A DNA stretch of 64,000 nucleotides, taken from Dendrobates tinctorius (taxonomy: Eukaryota). The translations under genes and the position numbers were made by a program. Under the pieces are notes generated by a model that was not told where the DNA came from, did not search any database, and saw only the letters and a list, made by a program, of their open reading frames with translations. Shown here piece by piece: positions 25,271 to 38,298 of this stretch (positions within the stretch are counted from its first letter, which is position 1; the number at the start of each line of letters is the position of its first letter). The stretch covers positions 186,001 to 250,000 of the forward strand of contig NW_027362202.1 in NCBI RefSeq assembly GCF_039654945.1. Direction: 5' to 3'.

Positions 25271-28200
25271 TATTGTGAGTTCATTTTCCGATCCACCAGT
25301 TGTGAGTTCTCCTTCCAGGCTCCCTCTGGTGGTAACTGGAGGTAGTGAGGCTGATTTAATCAGTAGAAATCTGCCACCTGATAATGAGGATGACGATTGG
25401 ACCTCAGGAATCTCAGACTGGATTTAAGACAGCCGACACCCTAGTCTGGTGCTGGTGATTCCTTCTGTCAGGTCTTGGTTTTCAGCTCTGTTCCAGTCAT
25501 CTAAAGCTAAGTTTTTTCTGCTAATGTTCACACTTGATTTTGTTGGTCTATTCAGTTTTTTGTGTGGTCAGCCAGTCCCGGCTGGGGCTGCGCTAAATTT
25601 CCAACCTTATTTATCTGTATTTGCCAATTTGCTTTTTATCCCTTATTAGATTGAAATATTCTGAGACAGAGCAAAAAGGCCAGAGTGCTGATATAGTGGG
25701 AGAAATCTAGTGACTTCAGGGTTAAATTTTGCTATCAGAAGTGTTGGACTTTATTTTTGTAGGGTTTTTTGCAGATTGCAGACAGTGTCTTTCCTTTCCT
25801 ATCCTTTCTAGTTAGTTTGGGCCCCATCGTTTGCTCAGCCTATTTTCCTGCCTGTGTTTGTGCTTTCATCTTGTTTCACTGTCAATAATGTGTGGGGGCT
25901 GTCTTTCCTTTGGGGTCTGCTCTGGGGCAGTTAGTTTTCCCCTTTTCTTGCTTTAGGCTTATTTAGTCCTCCGGCTGTGATGAAGCGTCTAGGACCATCG
26001 TAGGTATGCTCCACGGCTGCTGCTAGTTGTGTGGTTAGGATCAGGGATCTGTAATCTGCATAGTTACCAACCTCTTTGGTTTTCTGTGACTTAGCTTGTT
26101 TTGTTTTTTTTTTCTCCTCGGTGACCCATTCATAACAGAATCACCAGCCATACCGCAGATTCTAGGGTACTCAAAAGCAGGAAGGAGTTGTTAAAGAAAA
26201 AAAAAAAATGTGTCAGGTTTTTTTTTATTTATTTTTTCCTCTTTTTTTTCTGGGGCCGTAGGAGGATTTTTTTTTTCCTAATGGAGATTAAGCAATTGTC
26301 TGATCGTGTGGAGCAACTTGCTGCTGAAGTGCAGGGAATTTTCACCTACCTCATTCAGTCACATGCTGCTGAACCTAAGATCCCTACTCCTGATGTGTTT
26401 TTTGGGGATCGGTCTAAATTTCTGAATTTTAAGAATAATTGTAAATTTTTGGTGCTGCATAATTTGCATGATACTATTGTTCTGGGTTTTCCCTGGTTGC
26501 AAACTCAATCCAGTTTTGGATTGGAAGTCTGGGTCTGTGGTGAGTTGGGGTTGTCAGTGTGTTCTTAGGGACGCGCCTGTTTTCTCCACCTCTCCTCAGT
26601 CTCATGATATTCCTGATTATCTAGCCGATTTTTCTGATGTATTTAGTGAGAGCAAGTCTGCGTCTTTGCCTCCTCATAGGAGTTATGACTGTGCAATTGA
26701 GTTGATGCCTGGGTGTAAATTTCCCAAGGGTCGGCTTTTCAACTTATCAGTACCCGAGCATGATGCTATGCGGTCCTATATTAAGGAGTCATTGGAGAAG
26801 GGTCATATTAGACCATTCTCGTCACCTTTTGAGGCCTGGTTTTTTTTTGTGGCCAAGAAAGATGGTTCATTAAGACCGTGTATTGATTATCATTCCCTTA
26901 ACAAGATGACTGTTAAATATCCGTTACCTCTGATGTCTGATTTATTCTCCAGAGTTGAGTGCCTGCTGGTTTACTAAGCTTGACCTCAGGGGGGCGTATA
27001 ATCTTATTCGCATCAAGCACGGGGATGAATGGAAGATGGCGTTTAATACTCCGGAGGGACATTTTGAGTACCTGGTCATGCCTTTTGGGCTCACTAATGC
27101 CCCTTCTGTCTTCCAGTCCTTTATGAATATTTTCCGTGACTTTGTGGATAAGTTTTTAATCATCTATCTGGATGATATTTTGATCTTTTCTAGTGATTGG
27201 GATTCTCATGTGGAACACGTCCGGACTGTGTTTCGGATTTTGAGGGAGAATTCCCTGTTTGTTAAGGGATCGAAATGCCTCATTGGTGTACAGAGGATTT
27301 CATTTTTGGGATTTATCTTGTCTCCAAATATTGAAATGGACCCGGCCAAGTTACAGGCCATTTTTGATTGGGTTCAGCCTATTTCTTTGAAGGCCCACCA
27401 GAAGTTTTTGGGTTTTGCCAATTTCTATCGTAAATTTATTGATAATTTTTCTGGTATTGTCAAACCACTGACTGATCTGACCAAGAAGGGCGCTGATGTG
27501 CTGAATTGGTCTCCTGAGACTGTCTCAGCATTTCAGGAGCTTACGCAGAGATTTATTTCAGCTCCAGTTTTACGGCAACCTGATGTCTCACTTCCATTTC
27601 AGGTGGAGGCAGATGCTTCTGAGATTGGTGCAGGAGCCGTTTTGTCCCCAAAAGACCCTGCGACTTCTAAGATGAATCCCTGTGCCTTCTTTTCTCGAAA
27701 GTTCTCCCCATCTGAACGTATCTATGACGTGGGGAATAGGGAATTGTTGGCCATGAAATGGGCATTTGAGTAGTGGAGACATTGGTTGGAGGGAGCTACA
27801 CATCAAGTTGTGGTCCTCACCAATCACAAAAATTTGATTTATCTGGAGTCGGCCAAACGCTTGAATCCTAGACAGGCTAGATGGGCCTTGTTTTTCATGC
27901 GTTTTAATTTTGTGGTCTCTTTTCTTCCGGGCACTAAGAATGTTAAGGCAGACGCCCTTTCCAGGAGTTTCTTTGCCGATTCTCTTAATGTGACCGAGCC
28001 TACTGCCATCCTAGGTCAGAGGGTAGTTCTTTCTGCCATTTCACCCGATTTGAGATGCGCCCTGGAGGAATTTCAGGAGGATAAACCGGAGCGCTGCCCT
28101 ATGGAAAAATTGTATGTTCCTGACCAGTGGAGAAAGAGTGATGTCTGAAATTCATTGCTCCGCATTGGCTGGTCATCCAAGTATTTTTGATACCAGAGAT

Positions 28201-30305
28201 TTGGTGAGTCGGTCTTTTTGGTGGCCTGCCTTATCTCGTGACGTTAGGAATTTTGTACAGTCCTATGGGACTTGTTCTCGGTCTAAACCCTGTTCTCGTT
28301 CTAGTGGGTTGCTGATGCCCCTGCCGGTGCCCAAGAGGCCATGGACCCATATCTCAATGGATTTTATTTCTGATCTTCCTGTCTCTCAGAGAATGACTGT
28401 TATCTGGGTGATTTGTGATAGATTTTCGAAGATGGTCCATCTTGTACCACTCCCAAAATTGCCATCTTCCGCTGAGTTGGTGCGCTTGTTTTTACAACAG
28501 GTGGTTCGGTTACATGGGATTCCTGAGAACATTGTGTCCGACAGAGGAGTCCAGTTTGTTTCCAGATTCTGGAAAGCCTTTTGTTCCAATCTGGGAATTC
28601 AGTTATCCTTCTCCTCCGCGTTTCATCCCTAGACCAATGGACAGACAGAGAACAAAGCAGACCTTGGAGTCTTATTTAAGATGTTTTATATCTGCTGATC
28701 AGGATGATTGGGTCTCATTTTTGCCCTTTGCCTAATTCGCACTGAACAATAGAGATAGTTCTGCCACTTTGATGTCACCCTTTTTCTGTAATTTTGGGTT
28801 TCATCCTCGATTCTCTTCAGGGCAAGTGGAATCTTCGTCTTGCCCAGGTGTGGACACTGTGGTTGAGAGAATGCAGCAGATATGGGACCAAGTGGTGGAT
28901 AAGTGGTCACTCTCTGGAAAAGGCCCAGCGATTTTCTAACCGGCATAGGACCATTGGTCCCCGGTTTAAAGTGGGTGATATGGTTTGGTTGTCGTCTAAG
29001 AATATTCCTATGAAGGTTGCATCTCCAAAATTTAAGCCAAGATTTATTGGACCTTATAAGATTTTGGAGATTCTTAATCCTGTTTCTTTTCGATTGGCTC
29101 TTCCAGTTACGTTCAAGATCCATAACGTATTTCACAAGTCTCTGTTGAAGAGGTTTGTTGAGCCAGTGGTTCCTATGGCAGCACCTCCTGACCCTGTGTT
29201 GGTTGAAGGCAATATGGAATATGAGGTAGAGAAAATATTGGATTCTCGCTTGGTTAGACGGAGACTCCAGTACTTGGTCAAATGGAAGGGTTATGGCCAG
29301 GAGGATAATTCTTGGGTCTCTGCCTCTGATATTCATGCCAATAGATTGGTTCGTGCTCTTCACCGGGCCGATCCTGATCAGCCTGGTGGCGTGGATGAGG
29401 GTTCGGTGACCCCTCCTCAAGGGGGGGGGTACTGTTGTGAGCTCATTTTCTGGTCCACCAGCTGTGAGTTCTCCTTCCAGGCTCCCTCTGGTGGTAACTG
29501 GAGGTAGTGAGGCTGATTTAATCAGTAGAAATCTGCCACTTGATAATGAGGATGACGATTGGACCTCAGGAATCTCAGACTGGATTTAAGACCGCCGACG
29601 CACTAGTTTGGTGCTGGTGATTCCTTCTGGCTTGTCAGGTCTTGGTTTTCAGCTTTGTTCCAGTCATCTAAAGCTAAGTTTTTTCTGCTAATGTTCACAC
29701 TTGATTTTGTTGGTCTATTCAGTTTTTTGTGTGGTCAGCCAGTCCCAGCTGGGGCTGTGCTAAATTTCCACTCTTATTTATCTGTATTTGCCAATTTGCT
29801 TTTTGTCCCATATTAGATTGGCCTCTTTTTGCTCTCTCTCAGAATATTTTAGAGTGCTGATATAGTGGGAGAAGTCTAGTGACTTCAGGGTTAAATTTTG
29901 CTATCAGAAGTGTTCAACTTTATTTTTGTAGGTTTTTTTTGCAGATTGCAGACAGTGTCTTTCCTTTCCTATCCTTTCTAGTTAGTTTGGGCCCCATCGT
30001 TTGCTCAGCCTATTTTCCTGCCTGTGTTTGTGCTTTCATCTTGTTTCACCGTCAATACATGGGTGGGGGCTGTCTTTCCTTTGGGGTCTGCTCTGGGGCA
30101 GTTAGTTTTCCCCTTTCTTGCTTCAGGCTTATTTAGTCCTCCGGCTGTGATGAAGCATCTAGGACCATCGTAGGTATGCTCCATGGCTGCTGCTAGGTGT
30201 GTGGTTAGGATCAAGGATCTGCAATCTGCATAGTTACGAACTTCTCTGGTTTTCTGTGACTTAGTTTGTTTTGTTTTTTTTCTCCTCGGTGACCCATTCA
30301 TAACA
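25271..30305 (+). mobile_element. Chromovirus (Tf1/sushi-type Gypsy) with both LTRs, gag-protease deletion and decayed pol
   Basis: LTRs 25271-26137 and 29433-30305; poly-G PPT 29419-29429; RT (LRPCIDY, YLDD), RNaseH, integrase and chromodomain YEVEKILDSR...YLVKWKGY. TSD is CACA or CACATG; the empty site is visible at about 24216-24235. Confidence 0.95.
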
Positions 30306-30405
30306 CACATGCATGTTGACATTGACCATAAAACCTGCAAAAGACAAAGTGAGCAAAAACCCTGCTGTAACTAAATAAGTAAAAGCAAAAGTGCATCTAA
30401 ATAAT

Positions 30406-30594
30406 AAGCTGGATTACTTACCGGTAATGCTCTTTTAATGAGTCCACGACAGCACCCACTGGAGGTAGCGGGATCCGCCCCAAAGGAACAGGAAACCTAC
30501 AGAGACATAAAAAGGGGGCGGTCCGCCTCGCCTCAGTTTTGGTTTCCTGTTCCCAGGGGAACCTCAGGAAGAATCCTTCAGAAGACATACCTGG
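30406..30594. mobile_element. DIRS1 terminal fragment C' with a 3'-type outer end joined to a 5'-type interior
   Basis: Outer end matches 24327 onward. After CTCAGTT the sequence matches the 5' leader of element A (reverse complement of 19852-19880 and 17492-17518). Confidence 0.85.
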
Positions 30595-32644
30595 GCAGAG
30601 TTACATACATACAGAGTTTTTAGTAACACTGTTCGGGATAGTCCTACACTGTCTAATATTAAAAACCTTGCCTTGTGTCAAAGTTGACCTCAATGTGTGA
30701 ACAAGGGCAGGCAAAAGAACTGGGTCCCAAACAGTAGACACCAGTCTGGGGAAGCCTTATATACAATTTCCAGCTCAGGAGAGGGAGGCCACACCCCAGC
30801 TTGCACAGAATGCAAAAATACAGAGGAAAAAAAAAAAAAAATTGAGCTTGGTTTGAGTTGATACACATGCAGCATATAAATGCATGTTGACATTTGCAGG
30901 TTTTATGGCCAAAGACAAAGTGAGCAAAAACCCTGCTGTAACTAAATAAATAAAAACAAAGGTGCATCTAAATAACAGTTTTTAGTAATACTGTTTTTGA
31001 TCAAGAGTAGCATGAAAGCTATCCCACCATGACACGGTAACATGTTAAACCTGATATAAAGACTGTATAGTTGAATAGCAGTTATATTGTTTACCCTGCA
31101 TCCCCTTTTTCCCTGTTATCTCCCTACAGGAAGTTTTACTGTTAAGTAAATAGTTAACCCCTACTCTGCACCTCTGTCACTGCATCCAAGTACCTGCTTT
31201 ACACAGTCGTCAAAACTCCTCCTGTAGGAGTTTTAGGCTCCCAATAATAGAAAATTACGGTAGTAGGAACCCATCACTTGGCGGTATTCACCTGCAAGCA
31301 CTCAGCTAGATATCAACTTCAACTGTATTCCCTCTAGTGTGTTTTTTTTTTTAGTTTTAAAACACACGCGCTGCATGAGTGGGTATAAAAGGGGGGGGGG
31401 GGGTCGGTCATGCTATATGTGAGGGCAGGGGCAGACTGACAGCTTTAGGCCCTTGCGCAAGAATTGTGTATGGGCCCCCCTCCTTTTATAGTATACAATT
31501 TTATGATATATTACGTATTTTACACACCTCTATTATATAGTCTCCTCATAATGTATATTGCCATCCCTTATTACACAGTGCCTTCTCTCGTGTACAGCCC
31601 CGTCGCCTACATATCGGATGTAAAGGACGGTGCTATATATAACGAGAATGCTATGCAATAATGAGACAGTGCTGTACATAAACAGAGGACACTACATAAA
31701 ACATGACCACCCCATACATAACTAGAGAGGATGGTACGCAATAAGGGAGACCCTCTCAGTAATAATATCCCCCATTCTGGGCCCCTTCCTGGGATAATGT
31801 CTCCCAACCTGACCTTAGTATAATGTGTCCCATCCTAGTATAATGAGCCCCTATCTGGTACATACGCCCCTTATCCTTGGTCACAACCTTATGTATATGT
31901 CCCCAACCATCTGTAATATACTCCATCCTACGTGGTCCTTTTTGTAATGCATCAATAACAAACTATACTACCTACCTTCCCCCACACCGTGCAAGATCCT
32001 CTTCTATTCCCGGTGTGGGAGCCAGCAGCTTGACTTCGGCATCCCCTCAGTGGCACATGAGATCACTGCTGTGCACCTCCAGTCATGCCATCAACCACCT
32101 GCCTCCGATTGGCCAGTGTCATGTATTGCAGCGCAAGGTGGTGACCGATTCCCTTCGCTGCAATACATTTTAGCTTAAAAAGGAATCTGTCACCAGCTTT
32201 GGCTAATATGAGTGACGGTCACTACTTTGAGGCGTAGGAGGTCCCCAGATGGAGCACTCCTCTCTGACAACTGCAGCACCCGACTTGGCTCTGCATGACC
32301 CTGTTCTGCATGGCTCTGCTCTACACAGCCCTCTACAGGCAATAGGCTCTCTCAGCGGCCTGTCGCAGTGCCGGTACTCTGAGGGAAGGGGGAAGCAGAG
32401 CGCGCTGCTCTCCGCTCACGCAAAACTGTCCTGCAGTGCATGCTTTCTGCTCTTATACCTCTGCTGCACATGCTTTTCCCTACTCACTCTCCGCCCTCCT
32501 TTTTCAGCAGGAAGCTCCATCTCACTAATGCTTCCCTCATGCAGCAGGGGAAGGTCCACCTCTCAGGCTTCCCCCTGGAAGCAGAGGATGCAGCCCTTTC
32601 AGTTCCAGACCCGGTATTCAGGTATCCGCAGTCCGGTCTATTGT

Positions 32645-34560
32645 TAATTCCAAAAAGAGGGAAAAATACGAAGCATTTAAAGGAAACCAGGATGGATGAA
32701 CACAGAACTTAAACACATGCTATAAAAAGGAAGAAAGAAATGTTTATCAAATGGAAAGAGGGAGGCATTTCTAATGAAGAATATAATGCTGTCTGCAGAA
32801 CACAAATCAGATTAGCTAAAGCTGACAATGAATTAAGGCTTTCAAGAGACATCAAAAGCAATAAAAAAGGATTTTGGGGATATGTCAAAAGTTAAAGAAA
32901 AGTCAAAGATCCTATAGGATTTTTACAGGATGAAAATGATGACATGGTAAGAAAGGATGTTGAGAAGGCCAAACTTTTAAATTCCTATTTTGCATCTGTT
33001 TTCTCTCAGAAAGGAACTGTAACATCAGCCGATCTTCACTGTCCTATTAAAGGAATAGAAGAATCCAGGATATCTATAAACAGAAATATAGTAAGGAAAC
33101 ACTTAGCTAAGGCTAGTTTCACATTAGCGCTTACGGCCGCAGCATCGGGCTGCGCACGGCCGCCGCTAAGCCCCGCCCCCTATCTTTAGCACTGGGGACG
33201 CAGGCCATGCGCAATATGCATTTGGCGGCGCATGCATCCTTCTGACGCTGCGCGGCGCGCACCAAATTGCAACCTGTTGCGTTTGGCGCTTGTCGGCGCA
33301 GCGTCAAAAGGACGCATGCGCCGCCAAAAGCATACTGCGCACGGCCTGCATCCCCAGTGCTAAAGATAGGGGACGCAGGACGCATGCAGCGTCATGCGTC
33401 CGTAGGCAGAGCTACCAGCGGAGGCGCAGCAGGGGGCGGGGTTTAGCGGCAGCCGTGCGCAGCCCGACGCTGCGGCCGTAAACGCTAATGTGAAACTAAC
33501 CTAACATAAATGAATTAAAGTCTCCAGATCCAAATGAATTAAACCCTAGAGTACTGAAGGAAATAGCAGAAGAACGTTTTGAACCACTCTCCATAACCTT
33601 TGAAAATTCTTGGAGAACAGAAGTCAGAGAAAACTGAAGAGCTGCAAATGTTCCCATCTTCAAAAAAAAAAAAAAAAAATGGGGAAGGTGGACCCAGGGA
33701 ACTGTAGGACGGTGAGTGACTTCTATACCAGGAGAGAACTTTGAACAAATTATTAAACATGCATGTACGTACCTTGATAAAAATGAAGTGATTAACCAGA
33801 GTCAGCCTGGGTTTATAACTAATAAGTTATGTCAGACTAACTTAATTTCCTTCTATGGCAGAACCACTGACTGAGTGGATCAGGGAAATGCTGTAGATAT
33901 AATATATCTTTACTTCAGCATAGCATTTGACAAAGTATCTCACACCATCCTTATTGAAAAAATAAGTATGGAATGGACAAGGCAACTATTAGGTGAACTC
34001 ATAACTGGCTTAGTGATCTGACTCAAAGGGTGGTCGTAAATGGCTGCATATCCAGTTGGAAGAAGGTCTCAAGTGGGGTACCACAGGGTTCTGTCCTGGG
34101 CCCTGTATTGTTCAACATCTTTATCAATGATTTAGATGAAGGAATTGAGGGTACACTGATTACGTTTGCTGATGACACAAAGCTAGGAGGGATAGCCAAT
34201 ACTAGAGAAGAGAGAGGGAGGATTCAAAAAGATATGAATAAACTGGGGAAAGTGGGCAGCAACTAACAGAATGGTTTTTAATGGAAAATTGCAAAGTACT
34301 ACATCTGGGCAATAAAAATGAAAAAAAGCATGTACAGAATGAGAGGAATAGGGCTAAGCTACAGCACATGTGAAAAACACTTGGGTATACTAATAGATCA
34401 CAGACTAAACATGAGTCAGTGTGATGCAGCAGCAAAAAAGGCAAATACAATTCTGGGATGTATTAACAGAAACATACAGTCTAGATCATGTGAAGTCATT
34501 ATCCCCCTATACTCCTCTTTGGTCAGACCTCATCTAGAATACCGTGTCCTGTTTTGGGCA

Positions 34561-34593
<33 letters not shown>

Positions 34594-35087
34594 ACACCCC
34601 ACACACACCACATCAAACTTGAGCAAGTTCAGAGAAAAGTGACCAGAATGGTGACCGGTCTGCCAACCATGTCCTATGAGGAACGGTTACAGGATTTGGG
34701 AAGGTTTAGCTTGGGAAAAAAAAAAAAAAAAAAAAAAAACAAGACTGAGATGGGGACTTAATAGCTGTCTACAAATCTCAAAGGGCTGTCACATTGTAGA
34801 AGGAGCATCTTTATTCTCATTTGCACAAGCAAAGACTAGAAGCAATGGGATGAAACTGAATGGGAGGAGAGAGATTAGATATTAGACAACTTTTTGACAG
34901 TTAGGGTGATCAATGAGTGGAACAGGCTGCCACGAGAGGTGGCAAGTTCTCCTTCCATGGAAGTCTTCAAACAGAGGCTGGACAGACATCTGTCTGGGAT
35001 GAATTAGCGAATCCTGCTTTGAGCAGGGGGTTGGACCAGATGGCCCAGGAGGTCCCACCCAACTCTACCATTCTATGAATCTATGAT
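32645..35087 (+). mobile_element. 5'-truncated CR1 LINE (ORF2 RT remnant and 3' tail)
   Basis: [21 protein letters not shown] and FADDTKLGG motifs, LVRPHLEY; 3' end ATTCTATGAATCTATGAT octamer repeats. Confidence 0.93.
33111..33501. mobile_element. PIF/Harbinger-type palindromic MITE inserted in the CR1
   Basis: TIRs GGCTAGTTTCACATTAGCG and CGCTAATGTGAAACTAACC; TAA TSD. Confidence 0.88.
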
Positions 35088-35264
35088 AAGTTTGGAAATA
35101 TTGCACTGGAATTTATCAAAATCTGAATCTCCTGAAAGATTAAAGACCAGTAAATACCCCAAACATGGAGTCCATTTAAAAGCATAAGAATATTTCAATG
35201 TATTGAATCTGTTTGCCAAAAAGTTATGTAAAAACAAAGAGTCAAAAGTGGCAGCAAATAAATG

Positions 35265-35270
35265 TTTATT
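35265..35270 (-). terminator. Candidate FTCD polyadenylation signal AATAAA
   Basis: TTTATT on the plus strand, 10 nt downstream of the TGA stop. Confidence 0.6.
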
Positions 35271-35280
35271 TAGTTAAATT

Positions 35281-35364
35281 TCACTCTCGCCCCTCACAAA
35301 GCAGCAGCACAGATTCAGCAGACGTGTTTGCCTCGTCCAACAGCTGGAAAATCTTCTTCCGAGT
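35281..35364 (-). CDS. FTCD: FTCD terminal coding exon 14 (27 codons plus TGA)
   Basis: TRKKIFQLLDEANTSAESVLLLCEGRE*; pyrimidine tract and TAG acceptor; length and pattern match the FTCD C-terminus. Confidence 0.9.
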   Translation of the reverse strand, partial: TRKKIFQLLDEANTSAESVLLLCEGRE

Positions 35365-36314
35365 CTATGGGAAAAACAAAAATGTATATCAGTTTTTGTA
35401 GACTAGAGCATGCAAAATAAAAAAAAATACCACTTAGGTGGGAATTCATTAAGAGCCCGGTTTCATACACCAGTGTTAATAACGTTAGTGCATCTTTGGG
35501 CACCACAAACTGAAGTCTTCACCAAGCACAAGCTAAAAAAATAGATTATTACCAGCTTCTGAAGTAAATTATAGGGAATTGTTCAGGGCTATGCAATTAT
35601 CTGCAATTTTTATGCCAGAAAACTAATGTAAATACCTTGATGTGCTCCCTACATCGTATGTACCCGAGGGAACATTCTGGAGACAACGTCACTGTGCACA
35701 ATGAGCAACAGCTTTGAGTTACTGTTACTATTCCATATTGAGGTTCAAAATTCTTTGCTGATCAATTTCAAAACACTTAATGCAGCAGGACTTAATGCTT
35801 GAACACATTAGAAGCTGTAGAAGTCTGTATGCATTGAGCTCCCGTAGCGTCAGGGCAGGCTCGCAAACCACCAGAAAGTTTAATAATTGCATCGTGTCTT
35901 TCTGGTAGATGCTCCACTGATAATTTTTATGAAGTCATCTCGGATTGAAGGATACATTTTAATCACTCTGCTTCAAATTCCTACATCAGACAGTGAAGCA
36001 TTTCAAACAAAGCAGTATATAAAAAAAAAAAAAAAAATGCAAGGCTGAAAGAAACTAGTACCAACTAATCTGCACAAAGGATAGCGCGCTAAAAGAAGTA
36101 GTACGTGTTTTGTTACCAACTGAAAATGTATTATATCAATACCAAACAGGTAAAAACTGACCCACACCAGGTCAAGCATATAATGCAGTCAGATACAGCC
36201 AGGTTATGTATATATACACACACATCCATCTATGGTAGTGCAAGACAATTCACTTAATGTCTATAGTACCAAAAGGCTGCAATTCCTACTGTGTTTGACA
36301 AAGTATTTATAAAG

Positions 36315-36603
36315 TAGTGATGAGCGAGTATACTCGTTGCTCGGGTGACCTCCGAGTATTTTGGCGTGCTCGGAGATTTAGTTTGTCGAAGTAGCTGCAT
36401 GATTTGTGGCTGCTAGACAGCCTGAATACATGTGGAGATTCCCTAACAAACAGGCATTCCTCACATGTACTCAGGCTGTCTAGCAGCCACAAATCATGCA
36501 GCTGTGTTGACACAAACTAAATCACCGAGCACACCAAAATACTCACAGGACACCCGAGCATGCTCGGGAAAGCCCGAACAACGACGCTACTCGCTCATCA
36601 CTA
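36315..36603. mobile_element. Palindromic hAT-type MITE in FTCD intron 13
   Basis: TIRs TAGTGATGAGCGAGTA and TACTCGCTCATCACTA; flanks TTTATAAAG and TTTATAAG (8-bp TSD with one indel). Confidence 0.8.
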
Positions 36604-37725
36604 TTTATAAGCACTGCTTTAAGAGGCAATGGTACATTCTCTGTGTATAGACTGTATAACCTGTTTGGCATGAATCATGCATAGATGGTGTCCAAGTAAC
36701 TGGATTTGCTCATGAGTAGCACAAGTCCAAAACATGTAAATAAGTCTGTGGTAACCAGTCGTTTTGTTGCCACTGAGCGTAAAATACTTGAACCAATATG
36801 TAGGTCTGATTAGTACCTCAAAGTGCAATATAGTGGTCCGCGCCACATAACCTCGGTAGGCAGAAAAGTCCAGGAATCAGTCGCAACAAACTAAATTCAG
36901 GGAGTCTTCACCCGAAGTAGTGAAGAGCTGTGCGCGAGAGCAGTCGGCGTGCAATGTCAACATGTTGCTCGTGTACGGAGACTTGGAGGGGCCATACTAT
37001 CCTTTATTTACCAAGTTGTGCTCTATGTGAACTAATCACACCACCAATGGTGTGTATTGCCTCTTGCAGCTTTTAACATTTTCCATTGAAGTTTGGACAA
37101 GCACCGGTATCCATATTTTCTCTGTTGTCCAGTTTATGCGGCTCTGATCTCCTTGCTTAAGGAAAGCGTCATTAACAAGCAGACAGCACTTCATTGAGAC
37201 TGCATAAAACTACGGTTCTCAAAATGGTAATTAATGAAGGAACACGTAACCAGATCGGCCCATCAGCCTCATTCAAAATAACCAGCTCTCCCATGTCTAG
37301 AGTTCTTCCAACTAGAGGAGGCTTATTGGCAAGTCTGGTCACTCGGCCCCCTATTTAAGATTCCTCACACAGCTATGCGCTCGTTCAGTCGTTTTAAAAA
37401 CTTGCATGGCATTGAATAGAGAAAGTCGAACATGTGCAGCCACCTCTCCGGTCATTAATCTAATGACAGCTTCCCTTTAAGCTGGGTTGTTTTATTTTAG
37501 GGGCTACAATGCATATTTATTGTTCCGTATCTTCTTGGTGCAACGTGGAGCGGGCAGTAGCCACGGGCTAGGTACTGGACTTCTGTGACTGCCCAGGGCA
37601 CTACTTGAAAGAGTGGGTCCTGCCTGGGTGTTGGTGCTGTGAGGGCTTTGCACCCGTGCAGGCTCTCTGTAGCCGATTGTGTTGGCCAGCGAGGAACATA
37701 GGCTCCAGAGTTCAGTAATTTAGAC

Positions 37726-38298
37726 CAGGGTTCCCCCAACTCCAGTCCTCAAGGCCCACCAACAGATCATGTTTTCAGGATTTCCTTAGGGTCCTGTCAC
37801 ACAATCTCGCTAGTGAGATCGCTGATTTTGTGGGGGGGGGGGGGGGAGGGTAATCAGTGACCGGCCCACCTGACGGTTATCGCTGATTGTGCTCGAGCGG
37901 CCTGGGCCGTTTTTTGATCGCTGGTCTCCCGCTGCCTAGCATGCATCGCTGCGTGTGGCAGCGAGAAACCAGCGATCAGCGACGCTGGTTTCTAATGTAA
38001 ACGTCGGGTATCCAAGAGCCGCGCTGCTCCTGTATATCCGACGTTTACATTAGAAACCAGAGTCGCTGGTCCTGATCGCTGGAGGGGCTGTCTATGTGAC
38101 AGCTCACCAGTGATCAGCCTAACGATGTCCCAGCGATCCCATCATGTCGGATCGTTGGTGGGATCGCTGGGACATGGTTTAGTTTAACGGGGGCTTTAGT
38201 ATTGCTCAGGTGATAATTGCTTCACCTGTGCAATATAAAGGGAATCCTGTAAACATGATCTGTTGGTGGGCCTTGAGGACTGGAGTTGGGGAAACCTG
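37726..38298. mobile_element. hAT MITE with a nested Harbinger-like MITE (37789-38195)
   Basis: Long TIRs (CAGG..CCCCAACTCCAGTCCTCAAGGCCCACCAACAG) and a perfect 8-bp TSD ATTTAGAC. The inner element is flanked by TTA on both sides. Confidence 0.85.

Noticed and set aside
33662-34739. Poly-Lys stretches and long A runs inside CR1 ORF2, and G/C runs in DIRS RTs
   Set aside because: Homopolymer expansion or assembly error. Some apparent frameshifts in the elements may be artefacts too.
35315-35506. Listed 63-aa minus-strand ORF over the FTCD last exon
   Set aside because: Wrong frame; the real exon starts after the TAG acceptor at 35364.
37090-37198. Good acceptor (TTTTATGCAG) in intron 13 as a possible alternative FTCD last exon
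   Set aside because: In phase 0 it stops after two codons and has no similarity to the FTCD C-terminus.
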